Sequence record: DRR378314_1456
Strand: one strand, 5' to 3'
DNA: 43,103 nucleotides
Shown here: positions 1 to 9,042 of the stretch, piece by piece
How positions within the stretch are numbered: position 1 is the first letter of the stretch
How the letters are laid out: every line of letters begins with the position of its first letter
Program-made: the position numbers and the translations under genes
The notes under the pieces: model-generated
Told to the model about the DNA's origin: nothing
Seen by the model: only the letters and a program-made list of their open reading frames with translations
Databases searched by the model: none

Positions 1-178
1 ACCTGATCCGGCTCCCGTGAGGGCAGGAGGGAAGTATGGGGCGCGCGGGTATCAGACGGATTGGGTGAGGGCTGCCGGTAAGCGAATTCGACAACGAATG
101 GAGAAAATTCTTTCAACCATAGGGTTGTCACATTAACTATATGCTCGTCAGCAGCAGACTCGTGGAAGTACTCGATCA

Positions 179-1846
179 ATGACCAAGAAATTCCAGTATA
201 ATCTGTATCTCCTAAAAGACGACGTGACGACTGGAGAGGACGCACTGTCCTATTCCGCGAATGCTACTCTTTCTGCTGGGGTTGCTGATGAAATTATTCT
301 AAAGCCAAACTTGTTCTATGATGACTGGAATCTATTTGTTTTCTATCCGGATGAGGACGACCCGAAATGGAAAAGTATTCTATCAAGTGTGGCGACTCTT
401 CCGACGGAGCTTACCTCTAAGCAGTCCAGCGCTCTGTTGTTTATCAAAGAGAGGGGTAGGTGGTTTGTGCTGACGTTTGGAGCGTCGAGACACTACCTTG
501 ATAGCAAGAAAATTGTGATGGATTTTGGCCTTAGATCTATCGTTAACATGATCGAGGACGACGAGGTTCGATACCGTGAAGGAAACAACGTTTCCACGTC
601 CACTAGGGATGCGTCCCAATCCTCATTTGTGACGAGATTCAGTTCTCTGGTCGATAGCGACCGTGTTGAGCTAGTGAAAGCGATCAGTGGAAAAATGGCT
701 GAGTTCGGAAATGTGTCTGGCTCTACCTCTTTGAAATTCTCCAGCGAGAATTCTGTTGGTGAGTTGCACTGGGAGCTATGGGGTGCGCTTTCTGCGTACG
801 AATCCGATAATTATAAAGGCTCCACATTCGAGGTCATCGATCAGCTCGCTCCAGTCCGAGATAAAGTTACCATTCGTGCCCTTGATCTCGATTTGGTGAA
901 TGCGCTGCGAGCCAAAACGAAAGACTTCGAGATATCAATTCCAGAATTGATAGATCACCAAAAAGACGTATCGTTCGTTCGGTTTATGAGTATGGATCTA
1001 GATCCTATACCTGAGTTTCCGGATGCTGGAATCGATGAGTATTACAGCCTGCTTGGAGCACGGCTCGCTCTGCTAGATATCGAGGGCATAAAGCGAAATC
1101 GAATTGAGGCTCGGTCTTCCGATGGAAGCTTCGTGAACGGTGGATCGATATATAGATGCCTAATTGGGTCAATCGATTCTGCTGCCTCCGGAACGCTTTG
1201 CAAATATGTTCTCAACGAAGGTCACTGGTATTTGGTGGATGATGACTTCAAGAAGAAGATCGATTCATTCTTCCAGTCAGTTCGTTCGACCGGATCGGAT
1301 GGCGAGTTCGATGCTCCTCGAAAAAAGACCGTATCAGGAGCAAAAAGAAAATCAACGACAAGCGGTTATGAAAAAGAACTGGATTACAATACAAGAATTG
1401 CAAAGTCGCATAATTTTGTTTTGATGGATCAGCAACTTGTAGATGTGCCTGGTGAGCCGGGCAGGGGCTTTGAGATTTGTGACTTATTTGATTTTGACAA
1501 CAAGCGTTTGATTCATGTGAAAAAGAGCTCGCGTAGTTCCTCCATCCTGAGCCACTTTTTTTCTCAAGGGGTCGAGCCACTGAACTATCTGTCTAATAAT
1601 GCTCAGTACTTTGAAAAGGTCGTTCAGAAGTTAGAGTCTCAAAGCTCCGGAAAGGTCAGTGGAGGTAATTTTAAAGTAGAGGACCTAAGGGACTATTCCG
1701 TGCATTTTGTAATTGCCGATACCAGGCGAGATGACGGCAGCTTCAATATTCCATTTTTTAGCCGAATAACTCTGTATGACCGAGCAAAGAATATTAGAAA
1801 TTGGGCAAAAGATATCACTATCTCGTTCGTCGACTTGGACAGATAG
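179..1846 (+). CDS. TIGR04141/DUF6119 family 'sporadically distributed' protein, putative nuclease
   Basis: 555-aa ORF with family-like blocks YNLYLLK, SSALLF..RWFVLTFG..RHYL, DFGLR, E..YN, FEICDLF..RLIHVKK, LSHFFSQG, IPFFSRITL. GC is low: hand counts 26/60 at 181-240 and 20/60 at 1381-1440, versus 43/60 at 2041-2100. Confidence 0.8.
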   Translation: MTKKFQYNLYLLKDDVTTGEDALSYSANATLSAGVADEIILKPNLFYDDWNLFVFYPDEDDPKWKSILSSVATLPTELTSKQSSALLFIKERGRWFVLTFGASRHYLDSKKIVMDFGLRSIVNMIEDDEVRYREGNNVSTSTRDASQSSFVTRFSSLVDSDRVELVKAISGKMAEFGNVSGSTSLKFSSENSVGELHWELWGALSAYESDNYKGSTFEVIDQLAPVRDKVTIRALDLDLVNALRAKTKDFEISIPELIDHQKDVSFVRFMSMDLDPIPEFPDAGIDEYYSLLGARLALLDIEGIKRNRIEARSSDGSFVNGGSIYRCLIGSIDSAASGTLCKYVLNEGHWYLVDDDFKKKIDSFFQSVRSTGSDGEFDAPRKKTVSGAKRKSTTSGYEKELDYNTRIAKSHNFVLMDQQLVDVPGEPGRGFEICDLFDFDNKRLIHVKKSSRSSSILSHFFSQGVEPLNYLSNNAQYFEKVVQKLESQSSGKVSGGNFKVEDLRDYSVHFVIADTRRDDGSFNIPFFSRITLYDRAKNIRNWAKDITISFVDLDR

Positions 1847-1894
1847 TTACTTTAGTAAACCATCTTTGCACAACAGTTTCATGTACTTTTCCGG

Positions 1895-2923
1895 TCACCC
1901 CATCTCTTCCTCGTAGCCGACCATGCGCAGCGGCTTCGCGCGGCGGCCTTCGAGTTCGGCCCAGCGGACGAGGGCGTCTTCGCGACCATAGGTGATCCAG
2001 AGGTCCTGCGGGTCGACCTCGCGGATCGTGTCGGTCAGCTCGTCCCAGTCGGCATGGTCGGAGATGACGAGCGGCAGCTCGACGCCGCGCTGCTTGGCGC
2101 GCTGTTTCACGCTCATCCAGCCAGAGGCAAAGCCGATCACCGGATCGGGGAAGCGCTGGGCCCATTTGCCTTCAAAGGCGCCGGGCGGAGCAATGACGAT
2201 CTCTCCACGGAAGGCTTCGCGCGCGGCCTTTGACCGGTCTTCCAGCGTGGCGGGGCGCAGCTCTCCCAGCGTGACGCCGGCCGCCTCATACACCTCGCAC
2301 AGCTTTTCCAGGCTGCCATGAATGTAGATGGGCCGGTCATGCCCGGCGAGGCGCAGATGCTTGATCACGCGCTGGGCCTTTCCCAGAGAGTAGGCGCCGA
2401 TGCAATGGGTGCGGTCCGGATTGTCCGCGACTGAGCGCATCAGGCGGTCAATCTCCTGGTCCGTGGGCGGATGGCGGAATACGGGCAGGCCAAACGTCGC
2501 CTCGGAAATGAAGACGTGCGTGTTCTCCACCGGCTCGAAGCCGGGGCAGGTGGGGTCTGCGCGGCGCTTGTAATCGCCGGTGAACACCATGCGCAGGCCC
2601 TTGTGTTCCACCACGATCTGTGACGAGCCGAGAATGTGCCCCGCCGGGGAGAGCCAGACAGTGACGCCATTGATCTCGATCGCCTCGCCATATTCGACGG
2701 CCTGGGTCTGTTTGGCGAAACTGTCGCCATAGCGCGCGGCCATGATGGCCAGTGTGTGCGGGTGGGCCAGCACCTTGCCGTGGCCGCCGCGCGCATGGTC
2801 CGAATGGCCGTGGCTGATCACCGCCCGGTCCACCGCGCCGCGCACGGGATCAAGATAGAAATCTCCCGGCGGGCAATAGAGCCCCTTGGGGGTGGGGTGA
2901 AGCAGGAGGTCCGGACGCAGCAT
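1895..2923 (-). CDS. Ligase-associated DNA damage response exonuclease (MBL/beta-CASP fold, TIGR04122-like)
   Basis: GLYCPPGDFYLDP, SHGHSDHA (HxHxDH), AGHILGS, GDYKR, EATFGLPVF, YSLGKAQR, SDHADW. Start set at ATG 2923 after GAGG rather than TTG 2983. Confidence 0.92.
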   Translation of the reverse strand: MLRPDLLLHPTPKGLYCPPGDFYLDPVRGAVDRAVISHGHSDHARGGHGKVLAHPHTLAIMAARYGDSFAKQTQAVEYGEAIEINGVTVWLSPAGHILGSSQIVVEHKGLRMVFTGDYKRRADPTCPGFEPVENTHVFISEATFGLPVFRHPPTDQEIDRLMRSVADNPDRTHCIGAYSLGKAQRVIKHLRLAGHDRPIYIHGSLEKLCEVYEAAGVTLGELRPATLEDRSKAAREAFRGEIVIAPPGAFEGKWAQRFPDPVIGFASGWMSVKQRAKQRGVELPLVISDHADWDELTDTIREVDPQDLWITYGREDALVRWAELEGRRAKPLRMVGYEEEMG

Positions 2924-3059
2924 GCCCTCAATGTAGGCGATGCACGCGGGCGGGGAAGGGGCGCACCCCGTAGCCTTATGCAATCCTTAACTGCCTCGCC
3001 ACACTTGCGACATGGTCTCGTGTGCATAAAGATCGGGCCGATCCAGAGGAGAATCACGC

Positions 3060-4613
3060 ATGCGCGCAGTCCGGAAGTGTCTTGTATCCCTGTCCGCCCT
3101 GGCCGTGGTGGCCATGCCCGCCATCGCAGAAGAAGGCGGCACGACGCGAGCGCTGGAGGATGCGCTGGCCGCGGGATACAAGGCGAGCTTCACCTGTTCG
3201 GCCCTGTTCACCGCCGGCCAGACGCCCGCAGAGATCCGCCAGAATGAACTGTCCGGCATTTATCCTGATTACCAGCGCAGTTTCGACAAGCTGCCGGATG
3301 CGGTGATTGATGCCGCGCGCAAGACGGTGTCTGTGACCTATTCGACCAGCATGCCGCCGCGCATTGCAGCCTGGCGCCCCGGCTTTGGCTGCACGCAGCT
3401 GCCTGTGGGCGCAGAAGAGGGCGCGCTGAACTTCCTGCCGCGCTTTGCTGCCTGGCCGGAGTTTTCGGGCGAGGACAGAGGCAGCGCCATTGGCTCGAAC
3501 GTGAAAGTGCAGCTGCGCATCGAAGAGGCCGAACGGCTGGAAGCGCCGGTCTCGTTCGCCTTTGACGAACGCTCCTACGGCAATGGCACGCGCACGAGCG
3601 CTGTGGTCGTGGTGAAGGATGGGCAGGTTGTGGCCGAGCGCTATGCCCGCGGCATCGATCATGAAACGCCGCAGCGGACATGGTCGGTCGCGAAATCCAT
3701 CACGGCGACCATTCTGGGCGCGGCGCGTCGCAACGGGCATATTGATCTGGACTATCCGGCGGTGATCGCTGACTGGAACAATGGCGCAGACCCGCGCCGC
3801 GAAATCACGCTGCGCGACCTGTTGCAGATGGCCAGCGGCCTCGACAGTGGCGAGACGGGGTCGCGCACGGACCGCATCTATTTCGGCGGCGGGCGCGTCG
3901 TGGACCAGGCGGCGTCCAAGGTGATGGAAGTGAAGCCGGGCACGCGGTTCAAATATTCCAACAATGACACGCTGATCGCCATGCGCTCGTTCCGCGAGTC
4001 TCTTGGCACGGATGATTCCTATCATCGTTTCCCGTATGAGAAATTGCTGCACAAGATCGGCGCGGTGCACACGACGCTGGAAGTGGACTGGAATGGCGAT
4101 TTCATCTCGTCCAGCCAGGTCTGGTCGACAGCGCGCGATCTTGCGCGGATCGGCCAGCTCTATCTGCAGGATGGCATGTGGGGCAATGAGCGCCTGCTGC
4201 CGGAGGGCTGGGTGGAGTTCGTGTCGACACCCGGACCGGCCCAGCCGCTGAGCGGCGCAGGCTATGGCGCACAGTTCTGGCTGATGAATGATGCCGAGGG
4301 CATTCCGGCCGGCACTTATTACATGGCGGGCAATCGCGGCCAGTATGTCGTGATCGTGCCGAGCATGAATGCCGTGATCGTACGGCGCGGCTATGATGTG
4401 ATCGGCGGAGCGCGGTTTGATATCAATGCGTTTACGCGGGACGTGCTGCTCAGCCTTCAGGCGGCGGATGATGCTCGCGCAGAAGAGGCAGCCCAGCGCG
4501 AGCAGATCGAGTTGGAAATCCAGGCGACGATCGATGCGCGTCGGGCCCGCTCTGATCGCGCGAAGGATGCCATCCGGGCAGAGATCCTCGAAAAGTATGG
4601 CCTCGAGGAATAG
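3060..4613 (+). CDS. Secreted serine hydrolase, beta-lactamase/AmpC-like family
   Basis: Signal peptide, SxxK (WSVAKS), LLQMASGL, YSN motif (FKYSNND), ARDLARIGQLYL, GNRGQ; GAGGAG RBS upstream. Confidence 0.88.
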   Translation: MRAVRKCLVSLSALAVVAMPAIAEEGGTTRALEDALAAGYKASFTCSALFTAGQTPAEIRQNELSGIYPDYQRSFDKLPDAVIDAARKTVSVTYSTSMPPRIAAWRPGFGCTQLPVGAEEGALNFLPRFAAWPEFSGEDRGSAIGSNVKVQLRIEEAERLEAPVSFAFDERSYGNGTRTSAVVVVKDGQVVAERYARGIDHETPQRTWSVAKSITATILGAARRNGHIDLDYPAVIADWNNGADPRREITLRDLLQMASGLDSGETGSRTDRIYFGGGRVVDQAASKVMEVKPGTRFKYSNNDTLIAMRSFRESLGTDDSYHRFPYEKLLHKIGAVHTTLEVDWNGDFISSSQVWSTARDLARIGQLYLQDGMWGNERLLPEGWVEFVSTPGPAQPLSGAGYGAQFWLMNDAEGIPAGTYYMAGNRGQYVVIVPSMNAVIVRRGYDVIGGARFDINAFTRDVLLSLQAADDARAEEAAQREQIELEIQATIDARRARSDRAKDAIRAEILEKYGLEE

Positions 4614-4616
4614 CGC

Positions 4617-5303
4617 CTATCTGGAGCCGGTTCCGGAGTTCGGGATCGGTGTCAGGTTCGAGATGATCTGACGGTCGGACTGGCTGAAGCTTTTCATCAT
4701 GGCAGAGCCTTCGACGGTGACATCAAGGCTGGAGACATGGGTGCGGCCATCGGGGGCCCGGTCACACGCGACTTTCATCTCGAACTGCTTGATCTTTGCG
4801 ACCGGCATCGGCTTGAACGGCTTCTCTGCCATCATCTCGTAATTGAGGATGCCGGGCGCGGTCTTGTCCACGACGACTTTTCCGATGAGGTGCTTGTAGA
4901 TCTTGTCCATGTCATCTGGCTCTGCGCCGGGCTGCGGTCTGAAGCTGTAGGTTGCGGTGGTGTCTGTTTCACTGACAAGCGTCGCATCTGCGACGGGAAT
5001 GTTCTCGGCAAAATCCTGGCACCAGATTTCACCATCTGTATTGGCCTTCATGTTCTCGACCCGCTTGGCGAAGTCCTCGCTCCAGTCTTCAGGTTCAGGT
5101 GAAATCACGCTGAGACGCTCGCCTTCCGGCTGGCTTGGGTCGACCCGCATGAGCGCGTCGACCTTTCCGGCGGAAAGCGTCAGGTCAAACGCATAGAGCG
5201 GGCCCTCCGCAGACGCAGCGAGCGCTTGTTCCAGAGGGGATTGGGCAAGGGCAGGAGCCGCCAGCGCGATCAGACTGGCGGACACAGCAAGGGAGCGGAA
5301 CAT
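4617..5303 (-). CDS. Hypothetical secreted protein
   Basis: MFRSLAVSASLIALAAPALA signal peptide from ATG 5303, preceded by GAGG; host-like codon usage. The 5' part of the 345-aa track ORF overlaps lhr and was discarded. Confidence 0.75.
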   Translation of the reverse strand: MFRSLAVSASLIALAAPALAQSPLEQALAASAEGPLYAFDLTLSAGKVDALMRVDPSQPEGERLSVISPEPEDWSEDFAKRVENMKANTDGEIWCQDFAENIPVADATLVSETDTTATYSFRPQPGAEPDDMDKIYKHLIGKVVVDKTAPGILNYEMMAEKPFKPMPVAKIKQFEMKVACDRAPDGRTHVSSLDVTVEGSAMMKSFSQSDRQIISNLTPIPNSGTGSR

Positions 5304-5412
5304 GGCGGGCCTCATATTGGTTCTCTGAAAAATAGGTTTGGCCTGAGCCAAGCTGAACGCATAGTGAAAGAAAGCCAAATACTGCAATTCTTGCGAGATT
5401 TTAATTTCAATC

Positions 5413-7911
5413 ATGGCTGATTCCGCCGTTTCTCCATTCTTCTTGCCAGAACCGTTTGAGGCCTGGTTCGCCGGACGCGGCTGGAAAGCGCGGCCGCACC
5501 AATTGGCGCTGGCGGAGGAATCCCTGAAAGGCGAGAGCGCGCTGCTGATCGCGCCAACCGGCGGCGGCAAGACGCTGGCGGGCTTTCTGGGCAGCCTGGT
5601 TGAACTGAGTGAACGCAAGCGGGCGGCAAACTCTGACCGTCCCGCCTTGCACACGCTCTACATTTCTCCGCTGAAGGCGCTGGCAGCCGATGTTCAGCGC
5701 AATCTGATGGGACCCGTCGAAGAGATGGGGCTGAATATCAAGATCGAAAGCAGGACCGGAGACACGCCCAGCCATGTGCGCCAGCGGCAAAGGCGGACTC
5801 CGCCCGACATCCTGCTGACCACACCGGAACAATTGGCGCTGTTCATTGCCTCGGATCATGCCAGGGAGTTTTTCGCGGATCTGAAATGCGTGATCGTGGA
5901 CGAGATTCACGCAATGGCTGCGTCGAAGCGGGGCGACCTTTTGGCGTTGGGCCTTGCGACGCTGGCGAGTTGGGCGCCGGCCTGCCGGTTTCTCGGCCTG
6001 TCCGCGACGGTGCGCGAGCCGCAGGCATTGGCGGACTGGCTGGATGTTCGCCCGCCTGGGCATGATGTTCGTATCCTGACGGCGGAGGGCGGCGTGTCTG
6101 CAGATGTCGACATTCTGATCTCCCAGCAGCGAATCCCGTGGTCGGGCCATTCGGGACGGTTTGCCGTGCCCGACGTATACGACGCGATCAAGCGCGCGAC
6201 GATGACGCTGATCTTCGTGAATACGCGCAGCCAGGCCGAACTGATGTTTCAAGAGCTATGGCGCGCAAATGAAGATGGCCTGCCCATTGCACTGCATCAC
6301 GGCTCTCTGGCGCGGGAACAGCGCACGAAGGTCGAGGCTGCGATGGCGGCGGGCTTGCTGAAGGCGGTGGTGTGTACATCCACATTGGATCTTGGCATTG
6401 ACTGGGGCGAGGTGGATCTGGTGATCCAGATGGGCGCACCGAAAGGGGCTGCGCGCCTTATCCAGCGCATCGGCCGTGCCAATCACCGGATGGATGAGGC
6501 GAGCCGGGCTGTCCTTGTGCCAACGAACCGGTTTGAGGTGTTGGAATGCCGCGCGGCAGAGGCAGCCGTCGAAGCGGGCGAGATCGACGGGGAGGGAATC
6601 CGCGAGGGCGCGCTCGACATACTGGCCCAGCACGTCATAGGACGTGCCTGTGGCGACGGGTTCCAGCTGGAGGAGCTGTATGACGAGATAATCCGTGCGG
6701 CGCCCTATCAGAATCTGGACTGGGAAACCTATGAGCGGATTGTCGATTTCGTGGCGAGCGGTGGCTATGCGCTGAAAACCTATGACCGGTTCCACCGGAT
6801 CGTGCGGCGGCGGGACGGCGTATGGGTGGCGCGGACGGCGCGAGACGCGCAGGCGCACCGGATGAATGTCGGGGCGATTGTGGAATCTCCCATGCTGTCG
6901 GTGCGGTTGGCGAACTTCATCGGCAAGGAAAAGCCGGGAGAGAAACGGGCCGTACGCGCCGGCCTGAAGCTGGGCGAGATGGAGGAATACTTCCTCTCCA
7001 CCCTCACGCCGGGAGACACGTTCCTGTTTGCGGGCGAAGTGCTGCGGCTGGTCGGCGTGGAGGGTATGGACGCGCTGGTCGTGCGGGCGGTGAGTGAACA
7101 GCCAGCCATCCCGTCCTATAATGGCGGCAAGTTCCCGCTGACCACCTTTCTGGCAGATCGCGTGCGGCACATGATTCACGATCCCTCACAATGGCAGGGG
7201 CTGCCAGACCCCGTGCGGGAATGGTTCGAGATCCAGAAGCTGAAATCCGAAATTCCGCCACCGGACCATCTGCTTGTCGAGACCTTCCCACGCGGCGGGC
7301 GTTTCTATCTGGTCTGCTATCCGTTTGAAGGGCGGCTGGCACACCAGACGCTGGGCATGTTGCTGACCCGGCGGCTGGAACGGATGGGCGCCAAGCCGAC
7401 CGGATTTGTGGCCAGCGAATACGCCATGGCGGTCTGGGGGATGGAGGATATGTCCGGTATCGACATGGAGGCGCTGTTCCATCCCGACATGATGGGCGAT
7501 GATCTGGAAAGCTGGCTGGACGAGAGCGCGCTGATGAAACGGACCTTCGGCCAGTGCGCACAGATTTCCGGCCTCATCCACCGAAACCTTCCGGGTAAGG
7601 AAAAGAATTCCCGGCAGGTCAGCTTTTCCTCTGATCTCATCTATGACGTGCTGCGGAGTCATGAGCCGGATCATATCCTGCTGCAGGCCGCCCGGCAGGA
7701 CGCGGCCACGGGGCTGCTGGATGTGCGCCGCCTGTCAGATGCCCTGGTGCGCATTCGCGGCAAGATCGACCACCAGGCCCTGAAGAAGATCAGCCCGTTC
7801 GCGGTGCCCGTCATGCTGGAGATCGGAAAGGAGCCTGTGTCTGGTGCCTCCGTACAAGACGCGATTCTGGGCGAGGCCGAGGCCGACCTGGTGCGCGATG
7901 CGATGGGGTGA
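5413..7911 (+). CDS. lhr: Ligase-associated DNA damage response DEXH-box helicase (Lhr-core, TIGR04121-like)
   Basis: APTGGGKT Walker A, YISPLKAL, TTPE, DEIH, LSAT, HHGSL, TSTLDLGIDWG, QRIGRANH, YPFEGRLAHQTLGMLLTRR. Confidence 0.93.
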   Translation: MADSAVSPFFLPEPFEAWFAGRGWKARPHQLALAEESLKGESALLIAPTGGGKTLAGFLGSLVELSERKRAANSDRPALHTLYISPLKALAADVQRNLMGPVEEMGLNIKIESRTGDTPSHVRQRQRRTPPDILLTTPEQLALFIASDHAREFFADLKCVIVDEIHAMAASKRGDLLALGLATLASWAPACRFLGLSATVREPQALADWLDVRPPGHDVRILTAEGGVSADVDILISQQRIPWSGHSGRFAVPDVYDAIKRATMTLIFVNTRSQAELMFQELWRANEDGLPIALHHGSLAREQRTKVEAAMAAGLLKAVVCTSTLDLGIDWGEVDLVIQMGAPKGAARLIQRIGRANHRMDEASRAVLVPTNRFEVLECRAAEAAVEAGEIDGEGIREGALDILAQHVIGRACGDGFQLEELYDEIIRAAPYQNLDWETYERIVDFVASGGYALKTYDRFHRIVRRRDGVWVARTARDAQAHRMNVGAIVESPMLSVRLANFIGKEKPGEKRAVRAGLKLGEMEEYFLSTLTPGDTFLFAGEVLRLVGVEGMDALVVRAVSEQPAIPSYNGGKFPLTTFLADRVRHMIHDPSQWQGLPDPVREWFEIQKLKSEIPPPDHLLVETFPRGGRFYLVCYPFEGRLAHQTLGMLLTRRLERMGAKPTGFVASEYAMAVWGMEDMSGIDMEALFHPDMMGDDLESWLDESALMKRTFGQCAQISGLIHRNLPGKEKNSRQVSFSSDLIYDVLRSHEPDHILLQAARQDAATGLLDVRRLSDALVRIRGKIDHQALKKISPFAVPVMLEIGKEPVSGASVQDAILGEAEADLVRDAMG

Positions 7912-9042
7912 CTAGATCGGAGATGTCCGAAGTTTGAGGGAGGCTATTCGCTCAAAGATGTTTCGGGTTATCCGCTTCCAGTGCCCAAGGCGTCGTTCGG
8001 AAATCTCCGCGAGCAGGAAACATGCGACAAGCGTGACGATTGCCATAACGATGACGTGTACTGTGTTCGCCCCGTCATAGCCCGGCAGGCCGTGCAGGAA
8101 GGTCAGAATCGGATAATGAAACAAGTATAATGAGAAGGTTGCGCCTGAACACCATCGCACAATGGCTTCCATACGGGCGCCGATCCAGTTCTCCTCACTG
8201 GCAAGCCGGTAGACGCCCAGGAAATGTAGGGACATCAAGACTGCGAGAAGGGTGTTCCAGAGAAATTCGTCGGAAAAGCCCAGCACATCATAGGGCCGTG
8301 AATCTTGTCCGAGCAGCACGAAGGTTGCACTCAACAGACGATCAGGTAGGTCAAGTGCCAACGCGCCCGCATATAGAATCCAAGGCGTGATTGCGAGAAG
8401 CCAACCCATTGGCGTTGACAGTTTCGTGGCATGTCCGCGCTGAACGAATTGTTGCAAAACGACGCCCAGAACCCAGCAAGGCGCCAGCAGCAGCACAGAC
8501 GGGCCGACGATGAGTGCCATCAGGCTGAGGAGCAGAATACGCGTACGACCACGGCAGAACACGGCGACGCCGAAGCCGGCATAGTACCAGGCTTCATAAG
8601 CAACCGACCAGAAAGGTCCGTTTGTGCCGACGCGAATATTGTCAAACCAGGCATGGGTTGTGAAAGTAAGGGCCCGGAGCACTTGCCCAGCCGGGTCCTC
8701 GGCATTGTACCACCACCCTTCGTAGGCATGTGGCATCAATTGTGCGCCCAGCGTGTCGATCACGAAAGTGAAGACGAGTGCTGGAATGATGACTGAGTAC
8801 AGACGGGCAAGGCGGGCTTCTGCGTACACCGCAGCGCCGCGATTGCGGGCGAAAGTCGTATAGGCGATCACGAAACCGGACAGGACAAAGAACAGGACCA
8901 CGGCGTCACTGCCCAAATTCAGGTCCCGGATCCACTGCATGTTGCCTTGTGTGAACCGATAGTAGCCGATGTGGGAAGCCAACACGACCAGCGCGGCAAG
9001 GAAGCGGATTATATCCAGGTAAATGGAGAAGCCGCGAGTCAT
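7912..9042 (-). CDS. Acyltransferase family 3 (OafA/YrhL-like) integral membrane O-acyltransferase
   Basis: YLDIIRFLAALVVLASH, VVLFFVLSGFVI, RLARLY, PFWSVAYEAWYY, FSLYLFHYP, SERR; about 10 hydrophobic segments. Confidence 0.9.
   Translation of the reverse strand: MTRGFSIYLDIIRFLAALVVLASHIGYYRFTQGNMQWIRDLNLGSDAVVLFFVLSGFVIAYTTFARNRGAAVYAEARLARLYSVIIPALVFTFVIDTLGAQLMPHAYEGWWYNAEDPAGQVLRALTFTTHAWFDNIRVGTNGPFWSVAYEAWYYAGFGVAVFCRGRTRILLLSLMALIVGPSVLLLAPCWVLGVVLQQFVQRGHATKLSTPMGWLLAITPWILYAGALALDLPDRLLSATFVLLGQDSRPYDVLGFSDEFLWNTLLAVLMSLHFLGVYRLASEENWIGARMEAIVRWCSGATFSLYLFHYPILTFLHGLPGYDGANTVHVIVMAIVTLVACFLLAEISERRLGHWKRITRNIFERIASLKLRTSPI

Noticed and set aside
60-1894. IS or transposon boundaries around the DUF6119-like gene
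   Set aside because: No transposase, terminal inverted repeats or target-site duplication visible; only a short palindrome CAACC-ATAG-GGTTG (114-127) of unknown significance.
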